From: a virus
Taxonomy: Duplodnaviria > Caudoviricetes
Reading direction: 5' to 3' (one strand)
Virus record (IMG/VR): IMGVR_UViG_3300008266_000343
Coordinates: 1 to 39,198 of that record
DNA length: 39,198 nt
Shown here: piece after piece, positions 1 through 9,472 of the stretch
Layout of the letters: each line of letters starts with the position of its first letter
Position numbering within the stretch: position 1 is the stretch's first letter
Notes under the pieces: generated by a model
What the model was told of the DNA's origin: nothing
Seen by the model: the letters and a program-made list of their open reading frames with translations, nothing else
Databases searched by the model: none
Made by a program: the position numbers and the translations under genes

Positions 1-555
1 GAGAACAAGTAATGTGTTTTTGTTTGCATAGTTTAACATCTTGACTGCGTGGGTCATATCCTTTGCTTCAGCGCCGATTTGCTTAGTGTCTTGCAAATCT
101 TTCATTTCGTTTCCATCTTTTTCAAAGTAGATTGCTGGTAATAGTGCTGAGATGGAATCAACTACAATTAAATCAACTCCAGCATCCATAAGTTTTGTTC
201 CAACGTCAACCATGTCGTTAACTGTTTTAGCTGTAGAATATATAAGTTTTGATGAGTCTACGCCCAATTGTTCTGCCCATGCTGGATCATAAGAGGCTTC
301 CGCATCAATCCATGCACAAGTCTTACCTTCTTTTTGTGCTATAGAAATCATTTGTAAACAAAATGAAGACTTTCCAGCAGACTTATTTCCCCATACAAGT
401 ACTTGTCTACCATATGGAAGTCCACCCTTTAATGCAGTGTTTAAGCCAATGCTTGGAGTTTCTTGCTTGTCAACTTTTATATCTTGTGCTGATTGAACTC
501 TTGCCCTTGTTTTAGGATCTAATTTTGCCAATATGTCATCTAATACGATTGTCAT
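1..555 (-). CDS. recA: RecA-like recombinase (runs off the left edge; absent from the ORF track)
   Basis: Manual translation from ATG 555: MTIVLDDILAKLDPKTRARV...TPSIGLNTALKGGLPYGRQVLVWGNKSAGKSSFCL (Walker A)...CAWIDAEASYD...GVDLIVVDSISALLP (Walker B). Confidence 0.9.
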   Translation of the reverse strand, partial: MTIVLDDILAKLDPKTRARVQSAQDIKVDKQETPSIGLNTALKGGLPYGRQVLVWGNKSAGKSSFCLQMISIAQKEGKTCAWIDAEASYDPAWAEQLGVDSSKLIYSTAKTVNDMVDVGTKLMDAGVDLIVVDSISALLPAIYFEKDGNEMKDLQDTKQIGAEAKDMTHAVKMLNYANKNTLLVL

Positions 556-580
556 TAATTACTCTTTCTTCTATCTCTCC

Positions 581-609
581 AGTATACCATTAAAATAAGT
601 TCCCGTGAA
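581..609 (-). promoter_or_regulatory. Sigma70-type promoter upstream of recA
   Basis: TTCACG-17 nt-TATACT with extended -10 TG (TGGTATACT), followed by a purine-rich RBS. Confidence 0.55.
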
Positions 610-943
610 GTCTTGGACGCTCTTTATTTATATTTATTTTTTTCTCCAAAATTTCGTCTAGGCTATGTAAAATTTGTTCTTCATTTCTCATCGCTGCATA
701 TACGTCTAATAATCTAATGATTACATCTGCCATCTCTTCTACAATATGCTCACTGCCTTTAGACTTTCTAATTGCTTCAAGTACCTCTGTTACTTCGGAG
801 TGAACTAGGGCTAGTTTATTTCCAACCTTATCGTGATTATATTCTCCGTCCCAGAATCCCTTTTCTTTTGCAGTCTCATGTAGCAGTGCTGCCAAAGCAT
901 CAAGTCCGTAGTCTGTAATTAAATCTACATCATTAATTATCAT
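590..943 (-). CDS. MazG-like nucleotide pyrophosphohydrolase
   Basis: LALVHSEVTEVLEAIRK...EEMADVIIRLLD matches the ExxE...ExxD all-alpha NTP-PPase signature. Confidence 0.8.
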   Translation of the reverse strand: MIINDVDLITDYGLDALAALLHETAKEKGFWDGEYNHDKVGNKLALVHSEVTEVLEAIRKSKGSEHIVEEMADVIIRLLDVYAAMRNEEQILHSLDEILEKKININKERPRLHGNLF

Positions 944-1142
944 TTTCTTGCTCTCTTTCTTTTAAGCTAAATGTAAATGATGGGCCAGACTCATCATAAT
1001 CAATTACTAATTCTTTATCTGTATCTTTAGACTCTAAAAATCTAAGCGTTGGAACGGATAGCTGCTTGTGCTCTTCTAATATTGCAATAAGAACTTTATT
1101 TAAACTAATAGATGCCACTAGTTGTTCTATATCATTTGTCAT
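933..1142 (-). CDS. Hypothetical protein
   Basis: 69-aa ORF with ATGA coupling to the dnaE stop, overlapping the next gene's start. Confidence 0.75.
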   Translation of the reverse strand: MTNDIEQLVASISLNKVLIAILEEHKQLSVPTLRFLESKDTDKELVIDYDESGPSFTFSLKEREQENDN

Positions 1143-4100
1143 TTTATTTCCTTGATCATCAATGTTCCATCATCTAGTTTAGATAGAACTACATTACATT
1201 TCATTCCTTCACGCATTTTACCAACAGCTTTTGCATACATAGTTGAAAATACAATTGCTCTGGTTAACTCTTTATTCTTATTTGTCAAAACAATATGTGC
1301 CATTGTTTTTCCAGCCTTTGTTTTGTATGGCGTAAAATTAAGAACCATATACTCATCATCATTCATGTCGTACTCTTTGCGGTATAAATAGTCGACAAAT
1401 ATATCGGAGCCATTTGGATCTATATCTTTAACATTAATGTATCTGGCTATTCGATTGTCTCCAACCAAAATAAAGTACATTTGATTTGTTTCAATTTGTG
1501 TTTGTTCATTATGGAATAAGCCAATTGATCCAGTCTCATCTACTAACTCAACTCTTGCCCATCCGTTTCCACGTTTAATTGATTTAACCATACCAAACAT
1601 AACGAATGATCCTAGGTCATCAAAGTCTTGGATTGGTCTGGCCTGCGCTTTAATTCTTGGTGGCAGATCTAAATTAAAAGTAGGTATTCCTAAGAATTCG
1701 TAGTAATTTTCTTTTTCCTTACCACTGCGTTCATTGTCATCGAAAGCAGCACCGCCAATAGCATTAAGAGCAGATACAGCCCTACTATTAATACCACTGC
1801 CTTTCTTCGAAGCCTTTTCAATAAAGTCTTTGTAGTTTTCATAAGGTCTATTCTCCATAATTTTATTTGCAATACTATCTGATATGAATTTAACTTCTGC
1901 AAGGCCAAATCTAATTGCATCGCCTTGTAATGAAAAATACATTTGTGACTCATTAATGTGAGGCAATAGCACTTTGAGTCCAAGCCTTTTTGCTTCAATT
2001 AAATATTCGGTTCTTGCGTCTTTGTCATTTTCGTTTTTAAGAATTGAAAACATAAATTCAAGCGGGTAATACTTTTTAAGCCAAGCTGTATAATAGCTGA
2101 GCATAGAATAAGCAACAGCATGGGAGCGATTAAAAGAGTAACCAGCATGAGCTTCAAAATTGTGCCATAAGGATTCGGCCTTTTTCTTAGAAATGTGTTT
2201 TGAAGCCCCGTTAATAAATTGATCCTTGAACTGGTCGAATTCTTTTGCATCTTTTTTCTTTCCAATAATCTTGCGGACCTTATCAGCCTCTGACCAAGAC
2301 ATTCCTCCTAGGTGTACGCAAGCCTGCATAACCTGTTCCTGATATATAATAACACCATATGTATTTTCAGTAAATGGTTGCATTATAGAATGAGTGTACT
2401 CAACTGCCTCTTTACCGTGTTTACGATTAATATAAGAAGCGCCAACTGTATTCATTGCACCTGGTCTAACCAAAGCATTTGATGCAACCAAGTCTTCAAA
2501 CTTATCTACACCCATCTTCATAAGTAAATTTGTATACGGAGTAGCTTCAGCCTGGAATACTCCCTTTGTATATCCTTCTCCTAATATCTTATATACTTCT
2601 GAATCGTCTAAAGATAATTGTGAAAGATTAATTTCTTTTCCTGTATCCATATCATATGCAACAACTGGTATTCTTCCAGAAACTTTATCCTGTGCATCTT
2701 CTCTAGACTCTATTGGTGCAAATTTTCTAATGTCATCTTTTGCAACAACAACTCCAGCAGCATGGACTCCAACGCTACGAATTTTTCCTCTTAATCTTTC
2801 GGCAAGCCATGTGACTTCTGGGTATTTCATTCTAAACTCTTTTGTATTTGGCGAATCCATATAGTCTTCAAATGTATCTACAGATTTAAGTGCACGGTTA
2901 ACATCTTGTAGCGGTACCATGAAAACACGAGCAGCATCTCGAATAACACCCTTATCCTTAAAATAAGTATATGTAGAAATAGATGCAACGTGCTTAAATT
3001 TTTTCTTTAGGTATTCCTTTACCTCTTTGCGACGACGGTCTTCAAAGTCTGTATCAATATCTGGAAAGTCATTACGTTCTGGATTAATAAATCTAAAAAA
3101 CAATAAATCATATTTAATAGGGTCCACGTCAGTAATACCCAATGAATAGCATACTAATGAGCCAGCTGCTGATCCACGACCTGGGCCCACCTTAATATTA
3201 TTGTCCTTGGCCCAGTTAATCATGTCTGCAACTACCAAGAAATAGGAGGCAAAAGCCTTGTCTTTAATTACAGATAATTCTTCGTTTAGCCTGTCTACAT
3301 AGACCTGATCTCCTGACAGGCTTAGCCTTTCTAGGCCTTTAAAGGCCATCTGGGACAGTTTATCGTCCGCATTGGTCTTAGGTACTGGGAGAAGGTCTAA
3401 ACCCTGGTAAAAGTCGTATTCTTCAATTTTATCGGCTATCTCCATAGTATTATCATATATATCTGTTCTAACTATATTAGATTTGTTAAAGTCTGCCTGT
3501 AATTCTTCACGAGATTGAATAAATAGATTATAGTTTTGAAACGATATTTTTCTATCTGGATATAGGTAATTAAACCTATCTAGCATATCCTTCATGTTTC
3601 TAGACATATCAAAGTCTGAGTCTTTATCTGATTTAGGAGATGTCGATAGAATAAGCATAGCCTCTTCTAATATACGATCTTCTTCTTTAGCAAAGTGTGC
3701 ATCTCCTGTTGCCACCGCTTTAATTTTTAATTTATCCGCTAATTCTAAAAGGGCGGAGTTGATCTCCACAGGGTTATGTGATTGCACTTCCACGTAAAAA
3801 TCTTGTCCGAAAGTTTGTTTAAATTCCTTGAGAAGAAGTTCTGCTTCCTCCATGTTACCTTTATCGATAGCTTTACTAATGAGTCCATTAAGACATCCGC
3901 TGAGAACGATAAGACCTTCGCTATAAACATTTAAAACCTCTCTATCAATACGTGGCTTATGATAAAAGCCTTCATTCCATGCAAGCTCTTGTAGGGTATT
4001 AATATTTTCTAAACCCTTTTTATTTTTAGCTAATAAGATTATGTGGTTGTAAGCTTGAATACTTTTATCTGTTTTAGAAGAACGGTCAAACCTATCTGTT

Positions 4101-4312
4101 GGAGATATGTAGGCTTCTACTCCTAGAATTGGCTTAATACCTATTTCTTTACATGCTATCTGCATCTCACGATGTGAGGCTAGTGTTCCATGATCTGTTA
4201 TTGCTAATGCTGTTTGTCCAGCATCCTTTGCTGCCTTTGCAAGTTCGGCAGGAGAATTAAGGCCATCCATTAATGAATAGTATGAGTGAACATGCAAATG
4301 TGTGAATGACAC
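1139..4312 (-). CDS. dnaE: DNA polymerase III alpha subunit (apparent internal in-frame deletion near 2640)
   Basis: PHP domain (HLHVHS, TDHG, GVEAY, TGDAH), GPGRGSAAGSLV, PDIDTD, GVHAAGVVV, GVFQ, YQEQVM, YSFNRSHAVAY, C-terminal OB-like region. The KxDxLGL motif is not present. Confidence 0.93.
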   Translation of the reverse strand: MSFTHLHVHSYYSLMDGLNSPAELAKAAKDAGQTALAITDHGTLASHREMQIACKEIGIKPILGVEAYISPTDRFDRSSKTDKSIQAYNHIILLAKNKKGLENINTLQELAWNEGFYHKPRIDREVLNVYSEGLIVLSGCLNGLISKAIDKGNMEEAELLLKEFKQTFGQDFYVEVQSHNPVEINSALLELADKLKIKAVATGDAHFAKEEDRILEEAMLILSTSPKSDKDSDFDMSRNMKDMLDRFNYLYPDRKISFQNYNLFIQSREELQADFNKSNIVRTDIYDNTMEIADKIEEYDFYQGLDLLPVPKTNADDKLSQMAFKGLERLSLSGDQVYVDRLNEELSVIKDKAFASYFLVVADMINWAKDNNIKVGPGRGSAAGSLVCYSLGITDVDPIKYDLLFFRFINPERNDFPDIDTDFEDRRRKEVKEYLKKKFKHVASISTYTYFKDKGVIRDAARVFMVPLQDVNRALKSVDTFEDYMDSPNTKEFRMKYPEVTWLAERLRGKIRSVGVHAAGVVVAKDDIRKFAPIESREDAQDKVSGRIPVVAYDMDTGKEINLSQLSLDDSEVYKILGEGYTKGVFQAEATPYTNLLMKMGVDKFEDLVASNALVRPGAMNTVGASYINRKHGKEAVEYTHSIMQPFTENTYGVIIYQEQVMQACVHLGGMSWSEADKVRKIIGKKKDAKEFDQFKDQFINGASKHISKKKAESLWHNFEAHAGYSFNRSHAVAYSMLSYYTAWLKKYYPLEFMFSILKNENDKDARTEYLIEAKRLGLKVLLPHINESQMYFSLQGDAIRFGLAEVKFISDSIANKIMENRPYENYKDFIEKASKKGSGINSRAVSALNAIGGAAFDDNERSGKEKENYYEFLGIPTFNLDLPPRIKAQARPIQDFDDLGSFVMFGMVKSIKRGNGWARVELVDETGSIGLFHNEQTQIETNQMYFILVGDNRIARYINVKDIDPNGSDIFVDYLYRKEYDMNDDEYMVLNFTPYKTKAGKTMAHIVLTNKNKELTRAIVFSTMYAKAVGKMREGMKCNVVLSKLDDGTLMIKEIK

Positions 4313-4336
4313 TTAATTCTCCGCCTTTGTTTTAAC

Positions 4337-5008
4337 TTACCAGTCTACGCTGCTACTTGAAGCAGAAGACTCATCTGAACTGTTTTCGTTGCCCATATAA
4401 AAAGCTTCTTGCTCTCCGTATGGTACATGACGTACTGCAGTTTTCTCAAGATCAAATAGTTCTAGACTTGAGAAGTCGAAAGGACTTTCGTCCTTTGCCA
4501 ATGGAATGATTGTGTAACTTGTATCTGTTTTTGAACCGTTGCGCTTAATTCTCCACATTAAATTTGTAATGCTTCCCATTTCGCCAGCATACTCAATTAA
4601 GGTAGGTGTAATTGTTTTGCCACTGGTTCCTTGTGAAAGAATTGCCACATATGGTTCTTCTTTACCATCATCAACTAGCACGTTAATGTAAAGACGTGTT
4701 CTTGCTTTCCAGCCAGCCTTTGGATCTTTACGATGTTGTTCTTGTGCCCAGTCACGTCCTTCGGACTCCATTGTATCAAGAGCTTTGCGACGGTAATCCT
4801 TTGGATTAGTATGTTCGAGTGCTATAAATCCACACCCTAGTTTGTCATTATAGTTTGGTGAATCAGGATCTAGTTCTTGTAAAAATCTAATTTTTACGCT
4901 TTCGCCATCTTCAACTTTAAGCCAACGAGCTTTGCTTTCGTCCCCACCACTGTAGGTTGGCTTATCTAGTGCCTTGTTTAGGTCTTTTAGACCCTTTACT
5001 ATACTCAT
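4337..5008 (-). CDS. Single-stranded DNA-binding protein (gp32-like)
   Basis: WLKVEDGESVKIRFL...IKRNGSKTDTSYTIIP pattern, acidic/Ser tail ending in an aromatic residue (SSSVDW), located between primase and polymerase, strong GAGGAG RBS. Confidence 0.7.
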   Translation of the reverse strand: MSIVKGLKDLNKALDKPTYSGGDESKARWLKVEDGESVKIRFLQELDPDSPNYNDKLGCGFIALEHTNPKDYRRKALDTMESEGRDWAQEQHRKDPKAGWKARTRLYINVLVDDGKEEPYVAILSQGTSGKTITPTLIEYAGEMGSITNLMWRIKRNGSKTDTSYTIIPLAKDESPFDFSSLELFDLEKTAVRHVPYGEQEAFYMGNENSSDESSASSSSVDW

Positions 5009-5053
5009 ATATATCTCCTCTATAGTTGATGGTATATATCCATCTGTATTTTT

Positions 5054-5062
5054 ATTATATCA
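5054..5062 (-). promoter_or_regulatory. Extended -10 promoter for the SSB gene
   Basis: TGATATAAT overlapping the primase stop codon; no clear -35. Confidence 0.55.
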
Positions 5063-6058
5063 CGAGTTCCAAGTTCTGTATTCTATATTGGATACAGAAT
5101 TCTTTATACAGGCTTTAATTTCCTCATCAGTCATATCACCAGCATCTTTTGCATCATGAGGGTATATCTTACCATATTCATAAGAAGACCACAAGACGTC
5201 TTTGTTTTTTAATTTAGTTGCTATGCTCATGCCTAATTGTCTGCCAGCCTCATCAGCATCTGTCATTATAGTTATTCTATTAAAGTGTCTATTTAATATA
5301 TTTTGCTGCTCCACAGATAAAAATCCGCCAAGTGTGGCTACAACATTTGGGAAGCCAGCCTGATGAACACGAATTGCATCAAAGCTGGATTCAACAACTA
5401 TAACATGGTCACCAATTTTTTTAGCACGGTGAACATTAAATAATGTTTTGCTCTTTGGAAGGTTTGTACTATTCTTAAAAGACTTGCCTTCTACAGATCT
5501 ACCAACAATACCAATACATATTCCATCTGGACTATGAACTGGTACAGTAACCATGTTCATATTTTTAGAATAACCAAGATTAAAGTAGTCCATAGACTCA
5601 TGGTTTATTCCACGAGAGATAAAATAATTAGATGCTTCTACACTATTATATCTATCTTCAGATAGTTTATTTATAGTGTCTTTATTAAATTCTTGAAAAT
5701 CTGGCTTGTCTTCAAACATGTCTGCCATTGTTTCTTCAAAGTTGTCTAGGATCTCTGCTTCTTTAGAAGATATAAATCTCATTGCTTGAAAGTCGTTTTT
5801 ATCTAATATCTTCTTTACTAACTCTATTAATGTTCCAGACTCTCCGCATGCTGGGTTAAAACAAATAAATGCGCCATACTCTCTGCTTACGCTAAAACTT
5901 GAAGTGTGTCTATTAGAATGAAATGGACAGTAGCATAGGAAATCATTTGATGTCTCACCAGTAACTTCTAAACCTAATCCTTTTAGGATTGATTTAATAT
6001 GCTCTGGCGTGTATTGCGTGGAATCAATTTTCCTTGCGTAATTCCCTCTGATTGCCAT
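5060..6058 (-). CDS. dnaG: DNA primase (Zn finger + TOPRIM)
   Basis: CPFH...CFNPAC zinc finger, VVESSFDAI and TDADEAG TOPRIM motifs, KDAGD. The probable start is ATG 6058 after AAGGA (the track starts at 6109). Confidence 0.9.
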   Translation of the reverse strand: MAIRGNYARKIDSTQYTPEHIKSILKGLGLEVTGETSNDFLCYCPFHSNRHTSSFSVSREYGAFICFNPACGESGTLIELVKKILDKNDFQAMRFISSKEAEILDNFEETMADMFEDKPDFQEFNKDTINKLSEDRYNSVEASNYFISRGINHESMDYFNLGYSKNMNMVTVPVHSPDGICIGIVGRSVEGKSFKNSTNLPKSKTLFNVHRAKKIGDHVIVVESSFDAIRVHQAGFPNVVATLGGFLSVEQQNILNRHFNRITIMTDADEAGRQLGMSIATKLKNKDVLWSSYEYGKIYPHDAKDAGDMTDEEIKACIKNSVSNIEYRTWNS

Positions 6059-6288
6059 GCCTTTTTCCTTCCCACATATATCCCTTGAAGAGTCATAAGG
6101 AATTTCCATGTCTCGCCAGTAAATTCTACCGAAAATGCTGTGTCTATGTCAAGTACTCTTGCATAGCCCTTGTCTCTCATTTGATGGATCAACAAGCTTT
6201 CGTACTGATGCTTAATCCTAATTATGTCTGAGTCATCACGAAAATTAACAGATGTCTGAAATCTTTTAATTTGTTTGTGGTGGTACAT
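5983..6288 (-). CDS. Hypothetical protein between helicase and primase
   Basis: About 100-aa ORF overlapping both neighbours; start at 6288 or 6294. Confidence 0.7.
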   Translation of the reverse strand: MYHHKQIKRFQTSVNFRDDSDIIRIKHQYESLLIHQMRDKGYARVLDIDTAFSVEFTGETWKFLMTLQGIYVGRKKAWQSEGITQGKLIPRNTRQSILNQS

Positions 6289-7504
6289 AATCATATAATT
6301 CTTTAATAACTCCTCGATTAATATCCCAGTCTAGATAGAAATCAAATTCATGACCGTGACGGTTTTTCCTAGAAACAACCTCAATCATATTAGTTCCTGG
6401 ATATCTATGAATAGCCATAGCCATATCAGCATCGTATTCAATTGCCTTTGACCATGCAACCTGCGACATCATTGGTGGGTTTTCTTGATCAGAAATATCG
6501 TCTGCTGTTGCAGCAGTAATATCAATAATTGGAATATTGTTTGATACCGCTAACAGTTTAAACTCACGAGAAATATTTCTATTTCTTTCTACTTCAGAAT
6601 TACTGCGCTTATTATCATTAAAGAGCTGATGATAATCCAAGATAACGAGATCTGGTTTGTGCTGATCGATCTTACCTTGTACCGTAGCAGGAGTAACTTC
6701 AGCCGTGCCTTCATTAGATACAAGGACAAAGCTATTCTTTCCTTCAAACTTCTTCTTACCCCATGTTTTAAAGTCATCTATATTAATATCACCTTTTGAC
6801 AAATCACTAGCCTTGAATAGACCAGATCCTAACATTGTATAAATACGATCACGCATATTTTCTGGAGACATCTCAAGGGAGATGATCATTGGTTTAAATC
6901 CTTGCTCCCATGCTTTACATGCTAAATAAGAAGTAAACCATGTCTTACCTTTTCCTGGCCAACCAATTGCAACAATTAAATGTCCTGGTGCCATTCCAGT
7001 TGGGTATGCAGTATCAATAGCTTGGAACCCAGTTGAAATTCCTGGACTTCCGCCCATTATTGCAGAACGATCTTTAACTGACTGGAAATGTCTTTCTGCT
7101 GATTCTAAATCTGTTACGTCCAAGTCACGAACATTGTTGGTAAACTTTGACAGGTTTGCTAACTGACTTTGCATCTCAGCAAGCACTCTGGATGCAGCCT
7201 CTTCTTTTAATGCTGAACCGCTTCTTAAAATAACGCTTTTAAGTCTTGCAGATAAATACTCATTCTTTAATGTATCTAAATAATATCCAGTTTCAGCCTT
7301 TACATTTGTATCTGGTTCAAAATCTTTAAACTTTTCCTGCAACACACCAACTTCTGGAACTGCTTTAAACTTATAATAATACGACTTTAGCCCTTCCCAT
7401 ATATCTCTATGAGAAGTAAATAACTCATCTACGTTATCAGCCAATAGCGTACTGATATCTTTATTTTTACATACTGCAGAAATTAACGTTGCTTCTGTAT
7501 TCAC
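6266..7504 (-). CDS. dnaB: DnaB-like replicative helicase
   Basis: GWPGKGKT Walker A, ISLEMS, LVILDYHQL Walker B, IEYDAD, KNRHG. Confidence 0.93.
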   Translation of the reverse strand: MNTEATLISAVCKNKDISTLLADNVDELFTSHRDIWEGLKSYYYKFKAVPEVGVLQEKFKDFEPDTNVKAETGYYLDTLKNEYLSARLKSVILRSGSALKEEAASRVLAEMQSQLANLSKFTNNVRDLDVTDLESAERHFQSVKDRSAIMGGSPGISTGFQAIDTAYPTGMAPGHLIVAIGWPGKGKTWFTSYLACKAWEQGFKPMIISLEMSPENMRDRIYTMLGSGLFKASDLSKGDINIDDFKTWGKKKFEGKNSFVLVSNEGTAEVTPATVQGKIDQHKPDLVILDYHQLFNDNKRSNSEVERNRNISREFKLLAVSNNIPIIDITAATADDISDQENPPMMSQVAWSKAIEYDADMAMAIHRYPGTNMIEVVSRKNRHGHEFDFYLDWDINRGVIKELYDYVPPQTN

Positions 7505-7821
7505 TGATCTTCACCTTCTACTAATTTTTTAGTGGCTTCACGCAACAATTGGCGATTAACCTTATCTTTTTCAATTTCTTTCTGCATTATATCAAGCTTG
7601 TCAAAATTATAAAAGAAGAACTGCAGTGTGTGATTTGTCTTTGGGGTCTTGAAATAATATTCAATTAGTTCTTTAGCCCTATCAAATCCTACACTATCAA
7701 TTACATCCTGCATGCCCCATTTTTCTCTAAACTTATTAAGGGTAACTTTTCTACCGTGTCTCTCTTCATAGAGGTTTTGATATATGGTTAGCAAGATGTA
7801 GGGTTCTCTGTTATTTGCCAC
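7501..7821 (-). CDS. Hypothetical protein (possible helicase-associated/replication factor)
   Basis: 106-aa ORF coupled to dnaB; function suggested only by position. Confidence 0.65.
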   Translation of the reverse strand: MANNREPYILLTIYQNLYEERHGRKVTLNKFREKWGMQDVIDSVGFDRAKELIEYYFKTPKTNHTLQFFFYNFDKLDIMQKEIEKDKVNRQLLREATKKLVEGEDQ

Positions 7822-8017
7822 TCTTTAGCTCTTCCTCTACTTCACGAGTTTTTTGAATAAGTTTTTCTTCAACAAACTTATATACTCTTTCTGTAGCAGT
7901 ATCTACGTTTTCTCCCTGCCTTACATCGTCTTCTACTCCAATACCTATTTTGATACTTTCGTAGTTGCCTAGGTTACGAGTAAATGATAAATCTATTTTT
8001 ACTCTCGTATCTGACAT
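7811..8017 (-). CDS. Hypothetical protein
   Basis: ATG 8017 in a TAATG overlap with the upstream stop; MSDTRVKIDLSFTRNLGNYESIKIGIGVED followed by a helical tail. Confidence 0.75.
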   Translation of the reverse strand: MSDTRVKIDLSFTRNLGNYESIKIGIGVEDDVRQGENVDTATERVYKFVEEKLIQKTREVEEELKSGK

Positions 8018-8499
8018 TATTCCGCCTTCCATACTGGTACGAAGCCACCTTCGTCAGTCTTAGTATACAATATTAAGTTGTGTTTGAGAAGAGCTGTTAA
8101 TTCAGCCTTTGATGGAAAATCCTTTGTATATCCAGCATCCAGTATAAATTGGTGCAAATCGTATATATCGGACTCGCTAAACATAAACTTATACCATGAG
8201 CTATCTGGATTACTAATAGGATAAACTCTTTGTGGCTCTTTAATTTTGCCCTGAAGAATATATTCCTCTACCGTAACCCTATGCCTACCAAGAATTTCGC
8301 ATACCTGTTTAATTGTATATGCGTTACCCATATTCTTTTTTACTTGAGAATATGAATACATAACTCTTTTTTTATCTGGATAGCACCAAGCAACTAGTTC
8401 GTCCCTTGCCTTTGACGCTCTAACTACTTTATGTATTTTTCCGTTTAAGAAGAAATAGAGTAGCTTTTTGCGTGGTCTCTGTCTTTTTGTTCTAACCAT
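8017..8499 (-). CDS. Helix-turn-helix DNA-binding protein (MerR/excisionase-like)
   Basis: AYTIKQVCEILGRHRVTVEEYILQGKIKEP fits the MerR/Xis-type HTH pattern; basic N-terminus. Confidence 0.7.
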   Translation of the reverse strand: MVRTKRQRPRKKLLYFFLNGKIHKVVRASKARDELVAWCYPDKKRVMYSYSQVKKNMGNAYTIKQVCEILGRHRVTVEEYILQGKIKEPQRVYPISNPDSSWYKFMFSESDIYDLHQFILDAGYTKDFPSKAELTALLKHNLILYTKTDEGGFVPVWKAE

Positions 8500-8633
8500 T
8501 TAGCAAACGCATTCAATTCTTTGTTGATCATCCATCTTTTTCCACACAATATGCAAAAAAGTTCTATATGTAATTTTTGTGAAAAGACTCTATCAATAAA
8601 GACTCTGCCTTTACATCTTTGACACTTCATCAT
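8445..8633 (-). CDS. Small zinc-ribbon protein
   Basis: CQRC...CILCG; ATG 8633 in ATGA overlap with the upstream stop. Confidence 0.75.
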   Translation of the reverse strand: MMKCQRCKGRVFIDRVFSQKLHIELFCILCGKRWMINKELNAFAKWLEQKDRDHAKSYSISS

Positions 8634-9430
8634 AAAGTAAATGTTTTCCCATCTACAACACATGAATAGTCTGGAGCAATATGGATCATTTGAATATGTG
8701 GGTAGTCGTTTACAATATGTGCAACCGCAAAACCCTTCTGCCAGTCATGGTGTTGTGTATATTTCATTCCTGGGCCCTTCTCGTCACACATATGTCCTAT
8801 TTCATATCCACGAAGAGTTTCTCCTTCTCCACCGTTTCTAAGCTCATATGTTACCATGTGTGAAGCAATTCTATGTGAGTGTCCTCTAATAAGAGAAACT
8901 TGTAGGTCTTCCATATCTTTTCTTACAGAACCAGTTGCTGAAATAGAAATTCCATGATGTACGTGAACATCTCCAAAACGTTGCTTTGGTAATGAGTCAT
9001 AATAAATATATTCATATCCCAAAGAGTCTAGTGACCATAGTGATTCTGGTGTAACTTCTTTCAAATAATCTGGAAGCTTAGCATCCATATAATTAAAAAT
9101 ACGCACATCGTGATTTCCTAATGCTGAAAATAATTGTGCATCTGGTAGCATCTCACGAGTCTTTGTATAAAAATCTCTAGCGCCTTTTGCCTCATGTCTC
9201 ATCATTGGAACAATTAAATCTTTGCTGTCAGTCTTGTGTAAATTTAAAAACTCTGCTGATCTGCCTTCAGTATATTTGCTATAGCAGGCCTGATCGTCTG
9301 TGTCTCCAAGGTAGTCAACAACATCTGGTTTAAACCATTTCATAACCTTGAACCATAGTGCAATCATCTTGTCATCTTGATACGGGAATTGCTGATCGGA
9401 TGATAGCATCCATTTTAAATCGTTACTCAT
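8630..9430 (-). CDS. Calcineurin-like metallophosphoesterase
   Basis: Motifs SDQQ, LGDTDD, GNHD, HHG, GHSH in canonical order. Confidence 0.85.
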   Translation of the reverse strand: MSNDLKWMLSSDQQFPYQDDKMIALWFKVMKWFKPDVVDYLGDTDDQACYSKYTEGRSAEFLNLHKTDSKDLIVPMMRHEAKGARDFYTKTREMLPDAQLFSALGNHDVRIFNYMDAKLPDYLKEVTPESLWSLDSLGYEYIYYDSLPKQRFGDVHVHHGISISATGSVRKDMEDLQVSLIRGHSHRIASHMVTYELRNGGEGETLRGYEIGHMCDEKGPGMKYTQHHDWQKGFAVAHIVNDYPHIQMIHIAPDYSCVVDGKTFTL

Positions 9431-9446
9431 CTTTTACCTTAATATG

Positions 9447-9471
9447 AAAAAAGTCACGAGGCCGTGACTTT
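9447..9471 (-). terminator. Intrinsic terminator-like hairpin
   Basis: AAAGTCACG-GCCT-CGTGACTTT followed by a T run on the minus strand. Confidence 0.7.
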
Positions 9472-9472
9472 G

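Noticed and set aside
1690-3930. Alternative-frame minus-strand ORFs inside dnaE that might supply the missing catalytic motif
   Set aside because: None contains KxDxLGL or lies at the junction, and I saw no intron or intein hallmark.
4333-4342. TGGTAAGTT as a dnaE promoter
   Set aside because: Weak -10, no -35, and fully explained by the Trp-stop codons of the SSB gene.
5028-5044. Small hairpin GATGG-TATATAT-CCATC in the SSB leader as an autoregulatory element
   Set aside because: A 5-bp stem can arise by chance; not supportable without conservation data.
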